64,000 nucleotides of DNA from Octopus bimaculoides (lineage: Eukaryota). The notes below the pieces were generated by a model that was not told the DNA's origin, ran no database searches, and saw only the letters and a list, made by a program, of their open reading frames with translations. Positions 25,951 through 39,081 of this stretch are shown here, piece after piece. The stretch lies in the NCBI RefSeq assembly GCF_001194135.2, contig NC_068981.1, forward strand, positions 57,163,072-57,227,071, read 5' to 3'. Positions within the stretch are counted from its first letter, which is position 1, and every line of letters begins with the position of its first letter. The translations under genes were made by a program, and so were the position numbers.

Positions 25951-27124
25951 GAAATTGAAACATATATATGTAATGGCAAGATACTCTGAGTACATCTGTA
26001 TCTTCCACATCGTCATCGTTTTGCATCTGCCTTTTTCCATGCAGGCATGGGTTGAATAAGTCTTATGACATCTCATGTATTTATGATTTAAATGTGTGTA
26101 TGTGTGTATAACACACACACATACATGCACACACATATACACGCATACATAACACTCACGCTTTTGTTGTATAGATTGTTTTTATGATAGTAAATATAGA
26201 ATATCTCTCTCTTTCTCTCCCTCTCTCTTTCACTTATATATATATATATTTATATATGGTGGTGGGGAAGTGTATACATCAGTCTGCATCTGTGTTGATA
26301 AATGGCAGAATGAATGAGAGAATAAAATTTTTATACAAAGTGGGAAAACACAATTGGTTAAATGTAAACCAGGACCAGAATATAGGATGGCATTTCTGAT
26401 TGAGGAACATTGATTGGTACCTCATCAACTCCCTGTTGATCCAGTGCCAGGGAAGGAAAAAAAGCAAGGTAATGTGTGTGTATGTATGTGTGTTTGTGTA
26501 TATCTATACACACAAACACGCATGTGCTCATACACATACATATTTATATACATATATCTATATATTCATATATGTATGTATATATGAAGGTATGTATGTT
26601 TGTATATATGTGTTCATCACCATTTAACATCCATGTTTAATGCTGGCATGGATTTGTATGTGTATATATGTATTATTTTATGTATGTGTATATGTGTATG
26701 CTAGCATGGAAGGCGGATGTTAAACAACAGTGATGATGATGATGATATTACTGAGAGAGAAAGGAAGCAATATGTAAATGTGTGTGTGTGTGTGTATAAA
26801 GACATATTAGAGAGTAGAAGTTTTTGTATAGGTAACTTTATGTAACTATCTTCTGTACAATTATATTCGTTTGTGTTGGAGTTTATACTGTGCTTGCTCA
26901 TGTGTGTTTGTTGTCTGGTGTAAGTATATGAAAATATTGCACAGACATTTGCTCTAATAAACAACCAAATATTACTCATATCTGATTCTCTGTTCAGAGT
27001 TGCAAAGATGTATTACAAAAAAATAAACATTCATATTTATACACACACACACACACACACATTCACAGTCATTTCTGAAACCAAAGCATAAATTGCTACA
27101 CATTTTTCCTTCTGTTTTTTATTC

Positions 27125-27187
<63 letters not shown>

Positions 27188-27747
27188 CATGCTGTCTGAT
27201 GACTGATCAATACTGGACTCCTGGAGAAAAGATCCAGGTATTGATGAAAATCTCCTGTTGCTTTTGTCTGCCTGTTAGCTAAGACTAGTGAGGAATGCTC
27301 TCTCTGGACCACTATCAGAGCTTCCTCCCAGTTGCTGCAGAACACTCTCATTCCCTTCCCAGCCAAGCTTCTACATCCTATTTTCTTTTTACTTTTTTTT
27401 TTATTTTTGTTTTTGTTACTCTCCTCTGTTTGTCACTCCTTACTCTTTCTTTCTCTCTTTCTCTCTGGCTCTCATTCTCTCAGTATCCACTTCTTTTTCT
27501 CTCTCTTTCTAAAATGACAAGCCATCATTTCAAGCTATGGCTAGGGATCAATGCAACAGGGCTTGATATGAAAGGGCACATGTAGCTACTTCCCACACAT
27601 GCCCTTGGGTAATAAATATGATTGGAAAAAAGTCACTTTTTTTCCTCCACATTTATTCATTTTATTTTTCATGTCATTTCTCCTGTTTTTCTTTATTTTT
27701 GTTTATCTTACACTTTACCTGGTTTTTTTTCCTCCTATTTTTTTCTC

Positions 27748-27794
<47 letters not shown>

Positions 27795-30700
27795 TTTGCT
27801 GGGCAGGCATTTTGGCAGTGAATTTTCAATGCTTCAGCTAACATACACACACAGATATATACAAATGTATATACTAACTAGAACAACGTATACAATTAGA
27901 TATAGTTGTTTAAAAATAAATAACTAAAACAGGATTGTATATATAGGAATATATTGCTATTTTTGTATATTTTATTTTATTAGCATAATCTCTTGATACC
28001 TGTGCTGAAATATGTGTTTCATATATAGATATATATATATTTGTGTGTGTGCTTGCCTGTGTATGTATGTATAATTTATCTATAAATTTTCTTTACGGTT
28101 TTTTGAGATATAGTCATAAATATAACCTTAACAAGAGCAGCAACACGAAATCCAAAAATCAGAAAATACTCATTCGTTTGGTGATGCTATAAATTAGTTT
28201 GAAACATGTATTTGCTAAATATGTGCACTTATGCAGCTTTAGTGGCTTACGAGTAGTTATTACCAATATGTACATCTTTACAATGGAACAGAATCAGATG
28301 GTGGCTGTGTTTTTACAACGCTGTCTATGTAATACTGCAGTAAATGACAAGGTATATCAAAATAACTAATTGAATTCTTCATCATCGCCATTATCATCAT
28401 TGTTTTAATGTCCACTTTACCATGCTTACATGATTCAGATGGAATTTGTTGAGGCAGATTTTCTACAGTCAGTTAGTTGCCTTTCCTGTCATCAATCCTC
28501 ACCTGTTTCCAAGTAAGATAATATTTCCCCATGGCCAGACATGTTTTTACAGAAGATTGGAAATGAATGTCAGCACTTGTATGACATTCATGCTCACATA
28601 AATATACTTATACAACAAATTTTGTTCAGTTTCCCTCTACCAAATCCATTCATAAGCCTTCAGTCAGCCCAGGACTATGATGGAATACACTTTCGAAAAT
28701 ACTATGCAGGAAGAACTGAATTTTTCTTAAAATAATATCTCCACATTTAAAATCCTCATTGTTAATAAATACTTTTAAAGAGAAAAATATTTATGGCATA
28801 AATATCCCCAATATATATTTGCAATCTTTTAAAATTATTTAGTTCTTTACATCTTCAACTAATACTTATACAAATGAGAGTTTATTATTTCAACAGTTGT
28901 ACACTACCTTTCTTTTGTCTATGCAGACATGCAGAATTGAAACAACAATATTAAATGTTAAAAAAAGAGATGATATAAAATCATGAGATTATGATTTAAA
29001 TAAACTTTCTCTTCTGGGAAGAAATATTAAGTGAGATGTATTAAGTGTTGATTTGCTTTCTTGGTTGGCAGCTGTTGTAGTATAAATTTGATACAACATG
29101 AAAATATTTGATGAGTTACTTATGTTTAATAAAGAAAATTTGGTACATTCCTCTCAGTTTTTCTCATGTGGTTGTTACAATCAGGCCTCCAGATATTTTG
29201 TAACAGTTTTAATTCCTCTTCATTACTTTGCAATGATAAAGTTTAAAAAGCATCATTTGCAGTTGCTGCATATGAGTTCTCATATTATTTATTTTCATGT
29301 GAGAGGATTCAATCTTAGCATCAAGAAACATTGAACCACCTGCCAATTTTCCTTAGTTTGTCATTATATTTCTAAATCACTTTCTGTCTTTTTTTACATG
29401 CTGTGCTATCTAATAAATGAGACTAGAAGGATTCATTGCTTCTGCTCATGCCACAGCATAATATTACTGTTAAATACGATCTTCTTTAGATCATTCAGCT
29501 GAGAGCGCTGTTAATTTTGATTAGTAATTGTACTAATCCACTTACTAGAAAATAAATAAATCCAGAAGTCTTCTTAAATATAGAGAAAAAATATTTTTTA
29601 TAGTTGGAAATTTGAACTTCTGCAGTTTTAGTGAAACAATTACCTAAGTTCTTTTATTTATATTAAATATTTGTAATTTACTGTCAACATCAGTAAATTA
29701 CATCCAACATTGAATATAAATTGGTATTGAATTGCAAACGGAATTAATTAGATGCTTATATCTCATGTCTCTATGTTGAAAGAAAGATTCTTATCAATAA
29801 ATATACCTAAGGTATGAAAATTGGTTGTAGCCTACAGGTGTGACATGTCAGATATGCAGCTTAACCCTTTTCATACCAATTTGCCTGAGACTGTCCCTTG
29901 TTTTATGATATAAATTTCCTATTTTAAAATGATCTCTAAATTAAAACCTCCATCAAAAATTTCATTTTAAGTTATGTTCCAAACACCAGCTTAATAATAA
30001 CAAAGTTATTTACTAAATTCTTCATCATTTTCAAAGTTAATTTAAGGTGAGGCACTGTATTTCAACAGAAAAATGGTAATAAAATGATTTTCACTAAGCA
30101 GTCTTTGTTTGCCAATGTTTTATTCTATACTGAACTGTAAGATATTTTTGTTGATGGTATTCCATCCAGATAGTTATATTTCCTATTCTTATAACTTAAG
30201 TTCTGGTCATTATTGCCCCAAACTAATTCAACTTGATAGCACCAAGTAGTCTTTTAAAGCCTTGTTTTGATGCACCATAGCTCTCTTGAGTGGAGAGTTT
30301 TGTTCACTTCAATGAATCCTGGTATCAGTGGTTTGTCTGATGTTTCTTGGAGAAATCTGTTTTGGTGCCATTTGAATGTTGTGAGGTCTTTTCCTGTCTT
30401 GGTTTCTTTTCGAATAATGTTGAATCTAGCAGGAGCAGTTTATTTACCATTTTTTTCAGTAATAATACCAGTTTCTGGCCATTGTTCAACTGAGAAAAAT
30501 TATTTAACTCATTCTTTTGCAAGCTGACAATGTAGCCTCTGTATGACCCGCTAGAAATAGTAGCTAGACCATTATCAAATTGCATACTTCCATCTTAAAT
30601 AAAGGAGGATTATATGGGACAGTGATGTATATGAATACAAAAATAAACAAGATGGTTACTGCTGGAATGCTTTTCAGCATAGGTCTGCTGGATGAGGGCT

Positions 30701-31453
30701 GATCTGTGGATAAACAATTACAAAAAATACTCCAAACTTTCACTCAGATGGATGTTTTCTACATCCTAAGTCTCTCAGCCTGAGATGTATGATGAACCTC
30801 TAGGAAAAGTTAGAATAGTTTTCAAAATAAATGACCTCATGTGGGTGTAAAAATCTATGTGTATATGTGTATTTGTGTATGTATATATATATTGATGGAT
30901 ATTCCCTTGAGATATTTTACCAAACCATATCAAAATAAAACCACATTCAATTTCATCCTGGTAAACATATCTAATGGAAATTAATACTCTTGAATTCTAT
31001 TGTAATTCCTATAGGATGTTTAGTGAGAGAATAGAGGTAAAGAATAATAAAATGGAGACAGAAAACGCAATTTAATCTCTATTTCATTATTTTTTATATA
31101 TTTACATTAAAGATTTGATTTTTATTGTGTGGCATGACAATCAAATTTGTTAAATAAATCATTTTTTTTGTTTATTTAAATATTTGTTGTTTTTCGTTAA
31201 ATAGAATACTTCAATTGAATGTTTAAACATTCAAATTGAACTGCTAAAATATTTAAAGTTTTTGACTTCATTTATATTTATTCAGTTACAGAATTGTTAC
31301 CAAATTATGAGGTATATTTTGTTTATATTATTGTTAATTAGATTTCTAATAGTAAAAATTTAGATACTTTTATGATGTTGTCTAATGAGAATTACATTTA
31401 TAGAAAGTAGATTGGTTATGGAATTGTGGTGATGGGGAATCCATTTAGATTCA

Positions 31454-31484
<31 letters not shown>

Positions 31485-34400
31485 CATATGTATATGGTTC
31501 AACTCTTATGGCCAAAAATTTTCTTTTGGTAATATTAATACAGTATAGGTTTTGTGCAATCACTACCTTTCACATGTTAGCATCAGAGTTGAACTCTGGG
31601 TCTTGAATAGATAGTTAACTATTTTATCCACTTACCAACCTGACCCTCATATGCTTCTGTTTGTGTGTGTGTGTGTGAGAAAGGGAGTGAGAGAGAGTTT
31701 AAATTCACATCCAGACATAAAAGCATTGAGCAAAAAAATAGTAATATATTGACATTCTTCCTCTAGCTCAACATTCTCAAAGATGAGTGTAATAAAATTA
31801 GTCCCTCAAAATATAAGTAAAGTTTACGGATAGGAGGTGCTGCAAAACTCAATATGTATTCATACCATGCTACCGTGGGATAAAAATTAATGTAAAATTT
31901 ATTCATATTAATTGATAGAAGCACTGCATCACGGTAGGCTAAATAGAACTTCATAGGTGTGGCTTTTAGTTATACACATCTTTAGCCATGCTATGAAAGC
32001 ATGATTAAATTATAGGTATTTCTTTAAAGTATTTAATCTACATTGTCAAAGTTTATACTGTCATGCAAATTAAGCAAACCAAATTAGTTCTGTTTGTGTT
32101 TGATTATACTATAGGCAGCTCTATGCTACTATTCTTTTTATGAGTAGGAATAAATAACATATCACTGAAGTGTTAATAAACTTCTGGTCAAGAGAGAAAA
32201 ACTTATATTTTAACAATGATGTCTACTTTTCACAGCATAGCTAAAAATATGTTTATGACTCGCATTATTAAATCTTTTATTTGCTTTCATATATCCAATT
32301 CTTAAACCAATTTTAATCAACTAAACTTCTTTTATTCATTTTTTAAAATCATTGTTCTCATAAAATAAAAGTCTAGTTTGAAAAATTAACTTATGTTTCT
32401 AATATTTACACATATTAAATCTGTTATGCATCTGATTCACTAGAGTAGACTACATTTGCATTAGTCTCAGCAACAACTCTATAGCTATTTATTTTCATTA
32501 GTGAGGTATTATAGTTACATTGGAAAGCTGCAAATCTACTCAATCTCTGCATGGAGACAGTGGTATAAAGCATTAATTCTCCCTTTTATAAAGAATTGAG
32601 CTAATTAGCTTCCAGGTGTTATGAGGTAAATAATTCACAAAGGCAAGAATTTAGCTATAACAATAAACAGTGTAACAAGAAATATTTATATAACAAAGAA
32701 TTTACAATAGATAACTGAGGGGTCAATATAGCATATGACCAAATAGCCTGTTTAACTGTTGCAAGTTAAGGTTCACTACAAATCATCAAATTATTGTACT
32801 TTGTGTCTCCCTAATTACCTAACCACATAACTTGCTACAATAGCCCTGGAGCAACCAAAACCTTATGAATGGATTTGGTAGACAGAAACTGAAAAGAAGC
32901 CCATAATAATGTTAATGCATGAGTGTGAGTGTGTGTCAAATTGTTTTTAAACAACATATTGTGTTTTTAAACATTGCTCATCCATAAGGGATGCTATATG
33001 AACAAATACTGCCCAGGGTAAAAGACCAGTACACAAACTAAAATTAAGGAAGAAGGACTACATCAAAAATACAGCAGAGGACAAAATCTTGGAAAATTGA
33101 CGAGAAAATCTCACTCTAGCTCATTCCTCTTGGAGTAAAGTAGTACATGATGGGTGCTTATAGGTTTTGTTGGCATTATAGCAGTTATTTCATTCAGATA
33201 TTCTCATTTATTTTGGAGATGATCTTGCCCTCACAATTCTGGCCAGTGTTTCAGAAGCTGGGCTATTAAGATATAAGTCCCTATCCAATGTATAAAATTA
33301 TTATCAACATTGAACTAGTTTCCTGCAGTTGCAGTCTAAAACATAATCAAGAGAATGCATCAATATGAGCAATGGAGTTGACATATGTTATACTGTCAGC
33401 TTACATTGCCCACTTCCATATTCTTTGTACAGATTAAAGATAAATTCAAGAGTCTATGAGTGAATCTAAATGAGAATTCTCGTTCAAAAGAAAAATAAAA
33501 AGCATGGTCTGTGGTTACACAATTGCCAAGATCAACCGTTCAGCATTTGGGTAATTAGACTCAGCAGCAATTAACTCCATTGTTAAACCCAGCACTGAGT
33601 TGTGTAGTAAGAAGTTTGCTTCCCAACCACATGGTTCTGCATTCAGTCCCACTGCAAGGCACCTGTTCTTCTACTATAGTCCTCAGCAAACAAAAGCCTT
33701 GTGAGTGGATTCAGTAGTCAGATACTGAAAGAAACACCATCAGTGTGTGCATGCGTGTGTGTGTGTGTCTTTGTATTTGTCTCACCACCACCACCACTTT
33801 ACAACTGCTGTTGATTTGATCACATTCCTGTAACTTAGTAGTTTGGCAAAGGAGTCTGATAGAATACTTAAAAAAGAAAAATTAGTACCGGGGTCAATTT
33901 GTTTGACTGAAATCCTTTGAGGCAGTGCCCCAGCATGGCTGCAGTCTAGTGAGTGGAACAAGTCAAAAATGAAAAATATAGATTGCTTGCTAGCATCAGT
34001 TGTTGACATGACAGCATTCTTGGCATCAAATATACTCCCAACAGGACTCTCAGTAAAGGAATTTTATAAATTATCAAATGCTCTTTGTTGAATAATTAGA
34101 TCCAACATTTTTCTTGAACATATTTACAAATAGTTTGATTATTTCAGATTATTTTAGCAAATATCAACCATAAAAATTTGCCAATCCTAAAACAGGATTT
34201 TATTTCTTTCTTATTAGAGGATGAAGTAACATCTAGTATTTTCTGGAACAAACATCAATCTGGAAACACACCTTCCTTTGAAATACAAAAACCTAAAATA
34301 TTCTTAAAAATGAATTTCTGTGAATTGATAATTATGCCTGTACCTCTCAGGTAATTCAATATTATCTTGGCCTTCAGGTTCAATTACTCTTCAGCATTTG

Positions 34401-37311
34401 CACACAAACTAACACAATCCAAATAGATAACTATAGTTTGTATATTGTTCCCTATTTTCTATTACATGTTGAATAATGAAACCCACAGTTTTTAGGCCAT
34501 ACATCTGACAAATAAACATTTTTGCAAAACACTAAGAAATTTGAAATTAATTTCATATTTTTATTCTAAAATTTCATGTGGTATTGTATTGCTATCTGTC
34601 TACTGCATGTCACTGGCTGTACTCCTGCCTTGTCACCCCTACCTGTATTCTAACACTGCAGGAGTCACTTAGGTTAAACCGTCATCACAATAATTACCCC
34701 ACTTAGTAGTCCTATACACGTCTACCTTGTATGATGGTAAGAACTTGACACTATAACTTTGAGACCTCCTTTTTCAAATAATGAACACAATTTTATACCT
34801 CCCCACCTCCACATACACACACATACTGAAAACAAAAATATGTTTGGTTTAGACAACAGCGATTCTGCAAAAGAACTGGTGTTGAGTAGAGTGAGCTCTT
34901 TAATCCCACTAGTTACATGATAAAATACATCCAGCAAATCACCTTTAAGTGATTGGTAATGGGAGAGGCATCTGGTTGTGGAAACTACTCTAAAAATAAA
35001 ACATATAAACAAGATGTGGACTCTACAAGCCATACCACAGTCTAGCCTTCTAGGAGAACAATATCTTCAAATAAGATCTGATACAAAGTAGAGGAAACTT
35101 CAATTCTTTTTAGTGCTACTGGCATAATAAAATGCATCTAGCCTTCATAGTAACAAATACATAATGTTAGGTTTCTCTGTTTGTGCATCTTGTCTAACCC
35201 ATGATAACATGGAAGAATGAATGTAAAAGTGATAAAGATGAATATATGAAAATTTGGGTTTATTGCTTAAAGAAAATTTGCTCACTTTTTCTATAAACTG
35301 TCTTCCGGTAGCAATGACCAAATACAAATGATCATGTATTTAATCTTTTTTGAGAACACCTATGTTGTATTATTTTATCTGTGAGTTCTCTTCTTAGTGA
35401 ATTAAAATGAGAGACTTTTGTTGTATAGTTTAAAATATAACATGTGTTTTTATCAAATGTAGTTCTACTGTAAGAGAAAAACCTGGGTTTTTAGTGTGAA
35501 CTGAAATGTGTGTTTGTGTGTGAAAATTTGGTATTGAGCATAAAAAGCTAAGTTTGGTAGAGAGAAAAGGGTAAGCATTTTATAAAGCAAACTTCTATGT
35601 CTGGTGGAAGTGTGTCTTGGTTTATTTCTGCTTGTTTAATCTCTTTACTCATTCTAGAATAGTCTGTGCATTCTCTTATATAATTGTACGAATATTTAAC
35701 ATGTTTGTTTTGTTCATGTTAGCATGGCCGAGTTGGTTGTATCTGAAAGCTCAAATATTTGCATTATGTTGTTGGGCAATTTCTTTTAAGCCAGATGTCT
35801 TTTGTAATGATAGTAAGTCAATTAAGATATGAGGATAGTTGTATCAATTTTAAGTTTGGTTAATTGAAGCAAATAATGTTCAATCTTCCCTGAGTTTGGT
35901 TGAACCAACGACCTTTATAGTCTATATTATTCCACAAATGCCCTAACCATATCACACTGACAATTCTAGTTTTCATCTGATAACCAATATTAAGCAACAT
36001 TGACCCTAGTTAGAACTTAGATGGGTGACTGCTTGGAAAACCTAGATGCCATAAGCCTGTTTTTAAAATAGTCAAAAGAGCCTGAACCAACAATAGTGCT
36101 TTTATTGTAGTCACACAATTCTCAAGAAATTACAAATACACCCTAGCATCTTACCAAAACAGAAAAAAGAAAAAGATGTAAGAGCACACCAGAATATACA
36201 AAAAGATGGCACAGTCCTGATTGCAATGTCTCTGATCATAAGTCAGGTTTGCTGAACCAGTGTCAACCTGGGCCCAAACATAGGCAACTCATAGCTACAG
36301 AATGAAGTAGTCACTATGCTCTCACTGAATCTGTCAGAAAAAGCAAGCAAGCTTCCCTCAAACCACAGATTACCCTCTAAAAATAATTTAAGGATATTGA
36401 ATGATGTAGATTTATATATACATCCTGAAAACAAGATGGAGGGATCATAGCTGAAATGTCTTTGATTTTAAGTCTCTAAAATTAGAGCAGACCTGAGTCT
36501 AAACAACAACAATCTATTATGAATATGTAACGAAATATTTCAAAATTTGTTATAAAATATTACTACCACTCATTCTAGAATGGAGGAAAAAAATGAATTA
36601 ATACCTCTAGTTATAATAAAGATTGTATTCTTAATATTCTTTGACTGGTACAAACATTCCACTAAAATTCATGTTATTTTTCTACATATCATGTTGAATT
36701 TTTTCCTGTATTTTAGTTTTCTAAATAATGGTATCTCAAGTGATAAATATTTCATCATGCTTATTTTGCTTTGCATATCTCAACTTAACTTTTTGAAGCA
36801 TCTTCCTTATCTTTATTCTTTAAGCTTTCTGTCTCTCCAGTTTTATTTTAAAACCTTGTCTCATCAAATATATATATATGTATGTAATTGTGTGTGTGTG
36901 TGTACATATATACACACACACACACACACTCGTAGATATACATGCTCACACACTCACATAAGTATACATGTATATGTGTGGTATACATGTTTGTATGTTT
37001 GTGTGTATATATGTATATGCTCACACATGCCCATATATACTTATATGTTTATGCATATGATATATAAAAGCAAAGAAATCATCAGCAGACAACTGAATGT
37101 TGTTTGTGATTTAAGACTCCTGCTAAGTTACTTTAACCTAGACATGGGGAAACTAGTGCGATAGTTTACTAAGTGTGCTATCTAATACTGTTGTTAAATG
37201 ACTGTGATATTTTGAAAAACTAGTGTCTCTGGATAAAATTTTATCTTTTTTTTAAATCAATTAGACTAAAATAGTTCTGAATAGATTTTGAATAAGTCTG
37301 TTTTGTATTAG

Positions 37312-37356
<45 letters not shown>

Positions 37357-37851
37357 ATAACTTCTCCATTTTGAATTATAATTTCTAACAGAAGCATTAG
37401 GCTGTAAATTTTAGGGAAGGAAGCCCCTGAGTATATTCAATACTTGTATATTAATGGTACTTTTAATGAAAAGTGAAGTTAACCTTGGCAGGATTATGAA
37501 CATCATACTAAAAAAAAAAAAAAACGTTTTAACTAGAATAAGGCTAAGACAGACTGCAAATGGCCTGCAAAAGTTTGCTGAAGTTTGATTATTTTAAATA
37601 TTGAATACTGAACTACTGCTCAAAACCATACGTTCAGTTCTTGTTACAGGCATTTAAATCAGTGCTTTTCAAAACTAACTGATGTGGCATACCTGGCAGA
37701 ATGTGTACAGTAGAAAAAAGTAAAGTACTTTGTAGTATTTAGTGGCATTCTTTTCATTCTGAACAAGGTGAACTTGCCCTTCCAGCCTTTTAGGTTTGAT
37801 AAAATAAAATACTAGTCAAGTAGTGGAGTCACTTTGATTTACTGTCACAAA

Positions 37852-37885
<34 letters not shown>

Positions 37886-39027
37886 TACAGTAACTATAAA
37901 AGCATCACAGCAAACCACAGCACATACCCAAGGCACACAGAGCTGCACTCGGTAGTGAGTGAAAGCACGTTATAAAAATAAAACTACTGAATAATAATAA
38001 TAATAATAATAATAAATTTTGGAACAAGGCTAGCAAGTTCAGTGGAGGATGCTAGTCAATTACATCAACCCCAGTACTCAACTGGTATTTATTTTATTGA
38101 CCCCTCCAAAAAAGGATGAAAGGCAAAGTCAACCTTGTGGAATTTGAACTTGGAACATAAAAACAGATGAAATACTGTTAAGCATTTTGCCTGGTGCTGT
38201 AATGATTCAGTCAGCTCAACATCTTAATAATAATATTAATAAGGATAATAATAATAATCCTTTCTACTATAGGTACAAGACCCGAAATTTTGTGGGATGG
38301 GGAGTCGATTTCTTCAACCTCAGTACTCCACTGGTACTTATTTTATCGACCCTGAAAGGATGAAAGGCAAAGTGGACCTCAGTGGAATTTGAACTCAGAA
38401 CATAGAGATGGACAAAATGCCATTAAGCTACCCAGTGTGCTAACGATTCTGCCAGCTAACCACCTAATAATAATAATGTGGCTTAGTGGTCTGTGCTCAA
38501 AGTTTTTATTATATTTGTTATTCAAATGGCTTTCACAAAATTCTAACATTAAGCACTTAAGTTAATATCAGGATTTATATATTTTTGTGCACATGTGTGT
38601 GTGTGTGTAGGCATGGCTATGTGTTCAAAAAGTTTACTTCCCAACCATATAGTTTTGGATTCAGTCCCTCAGCATGGCACTTTAGACAAGTGTCATCTAA
38701 TATAGCCTTGGGGCAACCAAAGCCTTCTGAATGGATTTGATTAATGGAAACTGAAAGAAGCCCATCATATAAATGTATGCATGTGTGTGGTGTGTTTATG
38801 TCACCTTGTCTTGGCATGAGGTCATAGTTATAAATGATTATCACCGTCATGCAAGCAGTGCGATTCATTTAAAATATTCTGCAAGAACATATCTGGCCAG
38901 GGAGACATATTAGTTTGCTTGGGAACAGGTGAGGGTTGGTAATAAGAAGGATATCTGACCATAAAAAAATATCTGCCTCAATAAACTCCTTTCAACTCAT
39001 GCAAGCATGGAAAAATGAATGATGATG

Positions 39028-39081
<54 letters not shown>

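Noticed and set aside
28249-28351. Plus open frames, one with a DGGCVF (Asp-box-like) motif
   Set aside because: That frame needs a poor acceptor and does not chain in phase; likely over-fitting.
31570-31650. Minus donor gtaagt and a tRNA-like sequence
   Set aside because: Decayed tRNA-SINE head, not a tRNA gene or an exon.
36580-37164. 194-aa plus ORF
   Set aside because: AT-rich low complexity plus a CA/TA microsatellite; no domain.
37310-38010. Regularly spaced (TTA)/(AAT) runs resembling an array
   Set aside because: SINE tails and microsatellites; no CRISPR-like repeat-spacer structure in this eukaryotic DNA.
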